Positions 36,699 through 45,516 are shown, counted from the first letter of the stretch. The stretch: 64,000 nucleotides of DNA from a virus (IMGVR_UViG_2582581306_000002:15726-79725), one strand, 5' to 3'. The notes: generated by a model from the sequence alone, not told the origin. Translations and numbers: made by a program.

Positions 36699-36711
36699 GC
36701 ACATCATGCGC
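36699..36711 (-). promoter_or_regulatory. Late-leader motif GCGCATGATGTGC
   Basis: 20 nt upstream of the ATG; preceded by TGGTAA-N17-TAATGT. Confidence 0.85.
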
Positions 36712-36788
36712 GGGTAGAGCGCGACATTACCGCACGCTCATGGTTTTTACCAGACCGACAAACCTTGAGGCGTTACGCGCTAGAATTC

Positions 36789-36805
36789 GTTGCATTAAAT
36801 GCAAC
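36789..36805. promoter_or_regulatory. Operator GTTGC-N7-GCAAC
   Basis: GTTGC-ATTAAAT-GCAAC. Confidence 0.75.
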
Positions 36806-36869
36806 TATACTCTTTACGGCACTATCACAGGTGGATTATCGTGCCTCGGCACAATGGGGATTGGTTGCG

Positions 36870-37073
36870 GTGGCATCTTACTACGAAAAGCTCGAAGGCC
36901 TGAGAGCCATGCGCCAGTCCGCGCTCCACGCGGCCAGCATCGACGAACTGCGTCAGATTGTCGTGAAGCTCATCGATGGCGAGATCGACACCGTGAAGTC
37001 GATTGTCGGCCAGTGGTCAGACGATGACCTCCCCGAGGTGCCTACCGCTGCCTTGAGCGTTGCCGCCGGCTGA
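36870..37073 (+). CDS. Small protein, paralog family B
   Basis: GTG start; LRAMRQSALHAASIDELRQIVVKLID. Confidence 0.6.
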   Translation: MASYYEKLEGLRAMRQSALHAASIDELRQIVVKLIDGEIDTVKSIVGQWSDDDLPEVPTAALSVAAG

Positions 37074-37218
37074 TCTCTTCACAGAGCTTCAACTCTTCCA
37101 AGTCCTTCTCCGTCGGGTGGCAACACGCGACGAAGTGCAGCAGCAAGCCACGGCTGCGATGGCATGCGCAGTGACAGTCGCCGTATGCTGGCGGAGCTTC
37201 ACGTCTATCATCATCCAT
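37042..37218 (-). CDS. Small Cys/His-rich hypothetical protein
   Basis: CHCACH...HFVACCH. Confidence 0.45.
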   Translation of the reverse strand: MDDDRREAPPAYGDCHCACHRSRGLLLHFVACCHPTEKDLEELKLCEEISRRQRSRQR

Positions 37219-37278
37219 GTCGTCATCCTTCCAAACCGCCAACCTGCGCAAAACCGCAAACTGACCGAAATGCTTGCT

Positions 37279-37611
37279 TCAAGCCGCCCCGACGCGCAAG
37301 CCAGTGTTTATCTGCACCTGAATTGCGCGATCGTCCCACAGCTCGATCATGCCGAAATCCTTGATGTTGGTCACTTCGAGTATCGGAAGCCCGTTGGATG
37401 CGAGCCATGCGTGGATATGCGCGATCACTTCCGCTTTCTCCGGCTCAGCCACACTGACCCGGGCCGTGAAGATCTTCATATCACGCCCCTGCCTCTGCCA
37501 TTCCCGGACGCGCTCCGTCATCAAGGGAATGGGCTCGCCTATGTGCTCGATCCCTTTCCATCCATCATATCGCGCTAATGTACCGTCTAGATCGATGCCG
37601 ATCCATGCCAT
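37279..37611 (-). CDS. HAD-superfamily phosphatase-like protein
   Basis: IDLDGTL, FTAR, TN.K, WDDRA. Confidence 0.8.
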   Translation of the reverse strand: MAWIGIDLDGTLARYDGWKGIEHIGEPIPLMTERVREWQRQGRDMKIFTARVSVAEPEKAEVIAHIHAWLASNGLPILEVTNIKDFGMIELWDDRAIQVQINTGLRVGAA

Positions 37612-37648
37612 CGTAGTTCCTTCCCCTTTAGGGCCTGACAAAACCCCG

Positions 37649-37873
37649 TCAGGCCTTCCGGACGTCGCGGAAGAACGTCCGCTCCACCTCGGGTGCCAGA
37701 CCCGATATGCCGGGCGTGAACTTCGCCGGGATCAAGCCGTTGGCCAAAACCTTGACCGCGTGCTTGGTGGCGATGATCAGCCGGACCGATTGGCCCGACT
37801 TCCAGTCCACCTTGACGCAGGCGGCGTCCCCGATCTCAACCGCCTGCCCCACCTTCACTGACAGTGAAATCAT
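37649..37873 (-). CDS. Divergent CsrA/RsmA-like RNA-binding protein (74 aa)
   Basis: Gapless match to the CsrA pattern: M..L..KVG....IGD...V.V....G..VR; SD AAGGAG. Confidence 0.7.
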   Translation of the reverse strand: MISLSVKVGQAVEIGDAACVKVDWKSGQSVRLIIATKHAVKVLANGLIPAKFTPGISGLAPEVERTFFRDVRKA

Positions 37874-37895
37874 CCCGTTGCGCTCCTTCGGGCGC

Positions 37896-38864
37896 TCAAT
37901 TGGCAAGATATTGTTCACGTTCCGCCTCCGACATCTTTGCCAGTGCGTTTTCGTAAGCCAGGGCATCGGTGTCGGCGAGGCGATCCAGCCACGCAAACTT
38001 GCTGCCGTCGCTGTCGGCGTCGTTGATATCGGCTGCGGGGACATGCGCGAGTGACGGCACCACTTCCCGCTTCGCAGCGGGCTTGGCTGGCGTGGTCGGC
38101 TTTGGCGTCGGCGGCGTTTCCGCGCCGATGGATTTCCTGATCTGCGCGTCGATGACCTTGTGGGCCTGCTCCAGCAGACGCGGGTCAAGTGGGTTGGTGG
38201 CCGTTGCCTGGAGCTTCTTCACCTCATCATCAAGCGCCTTGTAGAGGATGGTTCCCGGCTCCGAATACTGGGTGTGTTTCGCGAAGAACGTCGGAACTGC
38301 AACGCTGCTCCAGTGCGTGACAGCCGCCTCCTGGGCGAGGACGGTCTTGAACCGCTCTTCGCGAAGATCCTCACGCTGATCGTTGAGCTTGCGGAACTGT
38401 GCCCGGTATTCTCCGCCGGTCAGATCGCCGTCGTCGAATTTCTGGGTGATCTCGTCGAGCTGCTTCTCGATCTCATCGAGTTTGGTCGCGTTGTCAGCCG
38501 GCAACGCGCGCCAACCCGGTCCCGGTGCGATATCACTGGCATCGTCGTCGTCGGCGTCCGGCTCGGTGACGGCAGCCGCTGCCGCCTCGGCCGTGACATT
38601 TTCGGCCACGGCTGGTGTCGCTGCAGCCTCGGCACCTGAGACGGGCTCGACGACGGCGGGCGTGACTGCGGCGCCCTCAGCCGTCGTCGTCGCATCTGCT
38701 GCAGCCGCCGCTGCGGCTTCCTCGCCTTCTGCCGCAGCTGCAGCCTCCGCGCCTTCCGTGTCGTCGGCCCCTTCGTCGTCATTGTCGATATCCTCGAGGA
38801 GGCCTTCGCGCTCCTCGTCGGACAGGAGTTCTAGTTCTTCTTCACTGAATTTCGGGGCTGCCAT
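37896..38864 (-). CDS. Probable scaffolding protein
   Basis: Acidic, coiled coil, directly after the portal. Confidence 0.7.
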   Translation of the reverse strand: MAAPKFSEEELELLSDEEREGLLEDIDNDDEGADDTEGAEAAAAAEGEEAAAAAAADATTTAEGAAVTPAVVEPVSGAEAAATPAVAENVTAEAAAAAVTEPDADDDDASDIAPGPGWRALPADNATKLDEIEKQLDEITQKFDDGDLTGGEYRAQFRKLNDQREDLREERFKTVLAQEAAVTHWSSVAVPTFFAKHTQYSEPGTILYKALDDEVKKLQATATNPLDPRLLEQAHKVIDAQIRKSIGAETPPTPKPTTPAKPAAKREVVPSLAHVPAADINDADSDGSKFAWLDRLADTDALAYENALAKMSEAEREQYLAN

Positions 38865-38885
38865 ATCAGGCGTCCTTTCTGGGGC

Positions 38886-41153
38886 TTAAGGAGTTGCCGG
38901 CGCAAGGCCGAACTGTGGGGTTTGCGGGGGTTGGGCCTGCGGGGCGGGTTGCTGTGCTGCTGCGGCCTCCTGCTGCTGTGCCAGTCCGATGGCCTGCGCC
39001 ATCGTCTCTTCTCGCTCGGAGCGAGACTGGAAGCCGCTTTCATGCAGAATAACGTCAGCGACGTGGGCGGCGGCAGGGATTGCAATGGCGGACTGCGCGG
39101 CGGTGAGAGCGTTCTGCTGGCTTGTGACGTTCGTCGATGCGATCTTCGACGCCAGTTCCTCAACCTTGGCGGCGGCGAGCTTCGCCTCCTCCTGTGTCTT
39201 GGCGGCTTTTGCCGTGGCTTCGGCCAGCTGCGCCTGCATCATCTGCTGCTGCATCTGCTGCTGTATCTGCTGGTTCTGCTCCTTGCCCTGCTCTTCCGGG
39301 GTGAGCTCCTCGGCATCCGGATCGCGCATGCCGGTGACCTGCCTGATGCGCTTCACCAGTTCCTCGCGCTGCGGGATGTCCATGCCCTCGACGATGAGAT
39401 CGAGCATGACCATGGCGAGTTGCGGGGCGCCTGGTGCAAGCTTCATGAGGAGATCGAGCAATGCCTCGGTTTGTGCCTGGCGCACGCTGGCCCGCCAATC
39501 CTCCTCGGAAATGACGAAATCTGCCTTCGATCGAACGATATCGTTTTCCGGAAGGCCGTCGTTGACCTCGATATATTCGGGCGTGCCGCGCATGTTCGTG
39601 ATGCGAAACTGCTTCGGTTCCGACATGAACTGCTCGACGTTGGCGAGCTGCTTTTCGCCGCGCACCTGTGATGCGTAGCGCAGGTTGTCGAAGTAGATCG
39701 ATGACGTCAACGAGCCCTGATCCTGACGGCGCTCGATCGCGATGCCGCTGCGGGCATTGGTCTGGCGCCCGAGGTTTTCGTCGGTAACGCCGGAAGCGGA
39801 TTGAATGAGGCTGATCGAACGTGCCATCAGATCGAGATGGCCCTGCTCCAGGCCGCGATCCGCGTCGAGCTTCAGTTCCTTGCCGGTATTGACGACGATG
39901 ACAGCATCGGAGCGCGAGTTTTCCTCGATAAACTCGTCCAGATCGTCAACGGCGCCCTTCTCCATGATGGTCTTGTTCGTGGAAAGGATGTGCAGCGCCT
40001 TTGACGCGCGCTTGTTGACGTCGATCTGGATGTCCTTCAAGCCGCGGATCATGCCGTACGGCATCCCGTCGCGGCCGCGCCGCTTGCCCCAGATCGGCGT
40101 GAAGGGAAACCGATTGTGGCGATAGGGTGACGGCGAATACCAGAGCATGCCGGCCGTCGTGAAAATGGCCACGTTCATCCGCATCGTCGGCTTGGTGACA
40201 AGTTCGGCCTTACCGCTCTCTACCTCGTCGCGGTGGCCCGGCGAGAAGGGATCGTATATCTCACCGGAGAACACCCCGCCTGTGACCTTTTCCGCCTTCG
40301 CCGGCATGCGGATCCAGCCTTCGATGACGCGGACCCGTTTGCGCTGGTAGCCGGTGATGTTGTCGGAGCGCCCGTTGGAGTTCTGCTCCAGTTCCAGTTC
40401 CTGCTGGTCAAGCACCTCGTCGCCATAGGCATCCATGCCGAGGAAATTATCGGAATCGGCGGCGGCACGCTCCAGGAGCGCCTTCCGCTTCGGGAACATG
40501 GCGCAGGCGATGTCGAGGTCGAGCCATTTATGCCGGAAGATGTAACGTCCATCGGACAGGTCCATCTCGGTGGCCGCGCTGTCCCAGAGGATGTTGCGCC
40601 AGCTTTCGTAGCGGGTGTACAGCGGCTCTTCGAGGTCGCTATCCTCGTAACCGTCTTCGACCCATCCGAGCCCTACTTTCGTGGCATCGGTGAACGCGCG
40701 TGAAACGTCGAACGGCGTCCGGTTGACGTCGGAGAGATATTTCAGGAGCTGGGTTTTCCGCTCCGCCGGCTTGCCGTCTTCCTTGCGGCGCGGCAGGATC
40801 TTGAAATCCGCCCTGCTGCGCTTCTCGGTGCCAAGAACCCAGTCGACCGACGCGGATATGACGTTGTAGACTAGCGGTATCTGGCCGCGATCGCGCAGGA
40901 TCTGCGCATCCTCTTCCGGCCACTGGTCATTGTCGTACATGTCCTCGTCATGCGCCATCTCCATGCGGTTCGGCAGCTGGCGGTCCATTTCGCGGGTGAA
41001 GAGATCGAGGAGACGATGATGGATTTCGACCATGCCGCTGCTGTCGAGCTTGTTGCCCGTGACGGCCCGCTCGGCACGGACGTCGCCGACGGGTACCGGA
41101 GATTTCATCTCCTTCCGTCGGACCGATCCATCTGTCGCCTGAAGATCAAACAT
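38886..41153 (-). CDS. Portal protein
   Basis: YD.DQW.....L..RGQ.P..YN, PYG.IR...D.Q...N, SG.AI..RQ.QG; Q-rich barrel tail. Confidence 0.9.
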   Translation of the reverse strand: MFDLQATDGSVRRKEMKSPVPVGDVRAERAVTGNKLDSSGMVEIHHRLLDLFTREMDRQLPNRMEMAHDEDMYDNDQWPEEDAQILRDRGQIPLVYNVISASVDWVLGTEKRSRADFKILPRRKEDGKPAERKTQLLKYLSDVNRTPFDVSRAFTDATKVGLGWVEDGYEDSDLEEPLYTRYESWRNILWDSAATEMDLSDGRYIFRHKWLDLDIACAMFPKRKALLERAAADSDNFLGMDAYGDEVLDQQELELEQNSNGRSDNITGYQRKRVRVIEGWIRMPAKAEKVTGGVFSGEIYDPFSPGHRDEVESGKAELVTKPTMRMNVAIFTTAGMLWYSPSPYRHNRFPFTPIWGKRRGRDGMPYGMIRGLKDIQIDVNKRASKALHILSTNKTIMEKGAVDDLDEFIEENSRSDAVIVVNTGKELKLDADRGLEQGHLDLMARSISLIQSASGVTDENLGRQTNARSGIAIERRQDQGSLTSSIYFDNLRYASQVRGEKQLANVEQFMSEPKQFRITNMRGTPEYIEVNDGLPENDIVRSKADFVISEEDWRASVRQAQTEALLDLLMKLAPGAPQLAMVMLDLIVEGMDIPQREELVKRIRQVTGMRDPDAEELTPEEQGKEQNQQIQQQMQQQMMQAQLAEATAKAAKTQEEAKLAAAKVEELASKIASTNVTSQQNALTAAQSAIAIPAAAHVADVILHESGFQSRSEREETMAQAIGLAQQQEAAAAQQPAPQAQPPQTPQFGLAPATP

Positions 41154-41580
41154 CTGCACGTATCTCCGTCTCTGTTACCCGCCCCGTCGCCAGATCGACG
41201 AGGGTGGCCTCGCCGACAACCTCTCCCTTTTCGGATTGGTACGGCTTGATGGTCAGCAGGTCGCCGAGATGATCGTGGATGATCGTGGTGATACGGATGC
41301 AGTTTTGCGGGGTGATATCGAAGCCCATGTGCTCCGCGAACGATGCGGAGGTTCGGGCTGATAGCCGGGGGTCCCCAATTCCAACTGCCTCTGACCATAC
41401 CCACGCCTTGTCCACCGTGACCACGCACGGGACCAGCCTGTCAGAATATTCCCCGCCCGTTGGAATAAGCACCAGGCACGGTCTGAATTGCCCCTCGGAC
41501 CGTAACCAAGTTCCGATAGCGGTAATGGGACCGTGCGTTTTTGTCCATGCCCGTTTATTAAGGTCGAGTGCCTGTGTCAT
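41146..41580 (-). CDS. Hypothetical protein between terminase and portal
   Basis: ATGA coupling; IHDHLGDL motif. Confidence 0.7.
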   Translation of the reverse strand: MTQALDLNKRAWTKTHGPITAIGTWLRSEGQFRPCLVLIPTGGEYSDRLVPCVVTVDKAWVWSEAVGIGDPRLSARTSASFAEHMGFDITPQNCIRITTIIHDHLGDLLTIKPYQSEKGEVVGEATLVDLATGRVTETEIRADV

Positions 41581-43109
41581 GCTGCCAATCCTGATCTTGA
41601 TTTGCGTTTTGGAGTGGTGGGGGTACCACCGTTGCGGACCTCGTCGGCCATCTGCGCGTGCTGGCGCAGGGCATCGGCGGCGTGCTGGTGACCGTTCTTC
41701 TGAGGCTCTTCGGACCAGTTCTGGTTCCGGACGTTCCACTGCTTCCGGTAACCTTCGAGATGCTTGAGGCCGGCATCGCAGTTCACCGCGTCGAAATAGT
41801 AGGTCGAAAACTGCTCGCGCAGCGCGGGGATGCCGACGCCATTCAGATCGGGCGTCCTGGGGACGATGACGATGTTGCGCAGCTTGAGCTCTTCCAGCAT
41901 GTCCGCCGGTGTCTTCAACTGCTTCGCGTCGGGCCGTCTCTGGTTGCCGTCGTGCGGCAGGAAATGGCGGCCCCAGATGTAACCCATCGCCTCCATCTGC
42001 TTCACGAAGTAGGAATAGGCCTCGCCGGATCCTTCAATGAAGTTGATGAAGCAGTTCGCCTGCCCGACCTGCTGGTGAAACCAGATCGCGATGTCATCGC
42101 TGATACCAAGGTCCCAGAACGTGTTGACTGGCAGATCGGTGCGGTGTGGCACCAGCGTGATGCGGTTCTGCTTCCGGGCCAACACCAGCTGGTCGCGCAG
42201 ATAGGTGCCCTCGGTGGAAATCTGAAACGCCTCGTCGAGATGCGTCGGATATTCCGTCCACATCTTCTCTTCGGCGCCTGAAAACGTGTTCTCCCGAGTG
42301 GCGACGTACCAGGCCCGCTTCGGAAGGCTGATCTCCGTCTTGATGATCGTTTCCATGCGGTCGAAATAGTCGTGATCCTTCTTCGACATGACCACATAGG
42401 CGGGATCGACCTCGTACTCGTCGGCGTCCCACCAGGACGCGAAGTGCAGCCGGTAATCCTGCTTCGAAAGCTGTTTGCCTGAATCCTGCCTCTTCTTGGC
42501 GATCTGCACCATGTCGTAGTAGGCGCCGTCGCGACCCTTGGCGGTCGATTCGATGATCGTGATGCCGTTCTCGGCCGCCGGCAGGGCGCCGGTGATGATC
42601 TCCTCGGCCTTATCCGGCGAGTTGGCGCAGATCGCGCCGAACTCGGAGACATGGAGCCAGCTCAAGGTGTCGCCGCGCGCCGAGGTGGAAACCGTGATCG
42701 ACGAGCCGTTGCCGAACGTCATTTCGTGGACGTTGTTGATCACATACGGCACCGCCTTGCGGATGAAGGCGGGGAGCTTGAAATAGGCGAACTTGATCTT
42801 CTGCCGCATGATCTTCGCGGCAATGGTCTGGTCCTGGGCGATGACGGCACCGATCGTGTTCACAACGAAGAGGCAGGCGTCCAGGATGACAAGTTGCGCC
42901 ACGGTGGAGAAGCCGCGCTGGCGGGCCTTCGGGATGATGTTCCGGTACCAGAGGTCCTCTAGGAATTTCTCCTGCGCCTCGTTGGGCACGAACAGGACGG
43001 TCTGCTTGTCCTTGTCGAGGATGTAGTAGAGGTTCCTGATCCGCCACATAGGGTTTTTCAGGTTCTCTTTCAGCGCGGCTTCCGTCATGCCTCGGAGGTG
43101 CTCGTACAT
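41577..43109 (-). CDS. terL: Terminase large subunit
   Basis: Walker A KARQRGFST, Walker B LHVSE, coupling ESTA, nuclease WDLG..D, HAADA. Confidence 0.93.
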   Translation of the reverse strand: MYEHLRGMTEAALKENLKNPMWRIRNLYYILDKDKQTVLFVPNEAQEKFLEDLWYRNIIPKARQRGFSTVAQLVILDACLFVVNTIGAVIAQDQTIAAKIMRQKIKFAYFKLPAFIRKAVPYVINNVHEMTFGNGSSITVSTSARGDTLSWLHVSEFGAICANSPDKAEEIITGALPAAENGITIIESTAKGRDGAYYDMVQIAKKRQDSGKQLSKQDYRLHFASWWDADEYEVDPAYVVMSKKDHDYFDRMETIIKTEISLPKRAWYVATRENTFSGAEEKMWTEYPTHLDEAFQISTEGTYLRDQLVLARKQNRITLVPHRTDLPVNTFWDLGISDDIAIWFHQQVGQANCFINFIEGSGEAYSYFVKQMEAMGYIWGRHFLPHDGNQRRPDAKQLKTPADMLEELKLRNIVIVPRTPDLNGVGIPALREQFSTYYFDAVNCDAGLKHLEGYRKQWNVRNQNWSEEPQKNGHQHAADALRQHAQMADEVRNGGTPTTPKRKSRSGLAA

Positions 43110-43657
43110 CAGGCCCCCTTCGGCTTGATGCTGTGGCCGGAGATTTCGGACATGAAATCTGCGAGCGGGCTATCGGGCTCGACGTCGTGCTTGATGTTCT
43201 TGGTGTCGCGCCACTGGTCCGGCATCCGGTTCTTCAGCCAGAAGATGCCAGCGGCGGCGTTCGGCGGGACGTGCTCGATGACGGGCACATGCTCCGGCAC
43301 ACCGTCGACGATCATCACCTTGACCGAATCGAAGCTGTAACCGGTTGCCAGCTTGTACAGGCTGTCCTGAACCTTGGTGTCGGCCTCGGTCTTGCCGATC
43401 TTCAGGGCGTCGGCAAATTCCGGGTGCTCCAGCTTCCAGCGGTAGATGGTGCGGATATCGACAACCAGCGCATCAGCAACTTCGAGATCAGTGGCACCGA
43501 GCTTTGCCAGCGCCTTGGCGATCTGGATGAAACGATCTTCCCACAACGTGGGGCGGCCGACACGGGGGCGCTGTCTCTGCGGCTTCCGTTTCGCCTTTGC
43601 CTTCGTCTTCGGTTTGGCCGCCGGCTTTTTCGCGGGTGTCGCCTTGTCGACTGCCAT
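43109..43657 (-). CDS. terS: Terminase small subunit
   Basis: GRPT, HTH, HPEF..A, FWLKNR.P..WRD. Confidence 0.88.
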   Translation of the reverse strand: MAVDKATPAKKPAAKPKTKAKAKRKPQRQRPRVGRPTLWEDRFIQIAKALAKLGATDLEVADALVVDIRTIYRWKLEHPEFADALKIGKTEADTKVQDSLYKLATGYSFDSVKVMIVDGVPEHVPVIEHVPPNAAAGIFWLKNRMPDQWRDTKNIKHDVEPDSPLADFMSEISGHSIKPKGA

Positions 43658-44247
43658 CAGTGCGGTTTTCTCCGCAATGCACCGGCGACAGAGGCGTAAC
43701 GCTGCCCTGCAGGCTGGCGCCTATCCAGCACTTCGACGAGGTGAGAATTATCGGCAGAGCGTTGAACCTCTCCCTGCCCTGTTTCCCCGGTCTCTGAACT
43801 ATCAGTATTATTTAAGTTTGGTTCTGGCTTTGGAATTACAGCGCTTATGCGTTGCATTTGCTCGGCACCGGCATTGTTTTTATTTACAGATTTCGAATGG
43901 TCAGTGACTTTTGGCTTTGGTTTCGTAGCGTTTTCAGCGCGTTTTCGGCTGATTTCCAGCGATTTCCCCATCTCCTCTTCGCAGCGGTGGTTGCTGATTT
44001 TCCCAGCCGAAGTGATATAAATTTTGCGAAGCGTAAGCAGTTCGGAGACCATCGCGCGGCACTTCCGGATGCTGCAATTCATTTGCCCGGCAAGCCACCG
44101 ATCGTTGTTCTCGATCGGGCCGAACTCGTCATAGATGAGGTCCTGAATGGTCTGGTAGGCGCCTCGCTGTTCGAGCGTCATGGTGCGGTAGCCGTTCATG
44201 GCGTCCTGCTGATAGCGCCGGTGATACGGCATGGAGCGTCTACTCAT
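43657..44247 (-). CDS. DUF1376/YdaU-family replication protein
   Basis: PYHRRY..D......MTLEQRGAY....D..Y; SD GGAGGAG. Confidence 0.8.
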   Translation of the reverse strand: MSRRSMPYHRRYQQDAMNGYRTMTLEQRGAYQTIQDLIYDEFGPIENNDRWLAGQMNCSIRKCRAMVSELLTLRKIYITSAGKISNHRCEEEMGKSLEISRKRAENATKPKPKVTDHSKSVNKNNAGAEQMQRISAVIPKPEPNLNNTDSSETGETGQGEVQRSADNSHLVEVLDRRQPAGQRYASVAGALRRKPH

Positions 44248-44836
44248 CGGACACTCCTCCCTTCCAAAATTTACCCAAGACGATGCCACTCACGTGCGCT
44301 TGAGAGATGCCGAATAGCTTGGCGATCTCGACTTGACGCACTGTTCCCGCCATCTGGCGGATGGCGTCCACCTGATGTTTTCTGAGTTTTGAAACCGGGG
44401 ATTGTTCTCCTTGGAGGTATGTCCCGTGCCTCTTTCGGTCCGCCTGATTTTCGGATGGGCTTCCCCAGTAGATGTTGGTCAACCGGCAGTTCTTTGGAAC
44501 GCCATTTCGGTGGCAAGCCAACTTTCCAGGCGGGCGTTCGCCAAGGAACGCATCTGCCACCAGCGTGTGGACGGACCGCTGACGCTTTTCGTGCTCACGC
44601 CATAAGGTGACGCTGAGATAGCCCTTTGCGCTCGCTGTTGGGGTTAAGATTGTCTCTTTGAGATTGATGTAGCATCCGTCCGGATTTCGGGACGATGGCT
44701 GACGCCAGACACGCCTACCGAGACTGCGGACACGCCCCATGTCCGAGACCTCGTAAAGCCCCTCAAACCCGGCGATAGCCAGCCATCGCTCTTTCTTCAG
44801 TTCTTTGGCGGTCAACAGTATGGAGCGACGGCTCAT
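44240..44836 (-). CDS. NUMOD4-HNH homing endonuclease
   Basis: W..I.GFEG.YEVS..GRVRS, VH.LVA.AF, CH.NG...N....N..W....EN..D. Confidence 0.9.
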   Translation of the reverse strand: MSRRSILLTAKELKKERWLAIAGFEGLYEVSDMGRVRSLGRRVWRQPSSRNPDGCYINLKETILTPTASAKGYLSVTLWREHEKRQRSVHTLVADAFLGERPPGKLACHRNGVPKNCRLTNIYWGSPSENQADRKRHGTYLQGEQSPVSKLRKHQVDAIRQMAGTVRQVEIAKLFGISQAHVSGIVLGKFWKGGVSDE

Positions 44837-45516
44837 AGCATCGCCTCCTGCATCCTAACCGGTCGTATCGCCGGGTCGGCCTCGGCGAAGGTCCGGCCGC
44901 GCAATTGCCTGCAGACGGCATCGCGCACCTCCCTGCCAGTCATGAGCAGCGACATCTCTTGGATCATGAACCCGCGTGTGGCGCGTGACCCAGCTGAGAT
45001 CTTGTATCTGGCGCACTCCGCCTGCAACTCGTTGGCCCACAGCATTTCGAGCATGTCGGAGCTGCGTAGTGGGTATTTCTCCGAGATATCCCGCAGGTCG
45101 AACGTCCAAATCTGGCGATGGTTGGCGTCAGGGTCCGGGCGAGGGAAACGCCAGACATGCCTGCGCTTTGTGTATTTTCCGAAGAACAGGGGATGGTTGA
45201 GATCAATGTACGGCGGAACGTCGTCACGCCAGCAAGCTTCGCGATATGGCGCGAAGTGTTTTTCGTGAGCCGCGACAATGAGATAATGGCAGCACTTGCT
45301 GAACGCCTTCCACTGATCGTCGAGCCGCTTGAGCACGTCCTTCTTCGACTTGATCTCGACGCCGACGATGGCGGATTCGGTAATAGCTGCCACGTCGATG
45401 CGGTTGGTACCTTGCCCGGCGCAATTCAATTCGTGCACGATGCGCGCCGACGGCAGGAGCTCCCGCAGTCTGGTCACGACGGCGTCGCGCAACTCGCGTT
45501 CGTCTGGTGAGCTCAT
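44833..45516 (-). CDS. PD-(D/E)xK nuclease-like protein
   Basis: E..LR, HEL, RIDVA....GVEIKS..D.L.RL..Q. Confidence 0.7.
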   Translation of the reverse strand: MSSPDERELRDAVVTRLRELLPSARIVHELNCAGQGTNRIDVAAITESAIVGVEIKSKKDVLKRLDDQWKAFSKCCHYLIVAAHEKHFAPYREACWRDDVPPYIDLNHPLFFGKYTKRRHVWRFPRPDPDANHRQIWTFDLRDISEKYPLRSSDMLEMLWANELQAECARYKISAGSRATRGFMIQEMSLLMTGREVRDAVCRQLRGRTFAEADPAIRPVRMQEAML

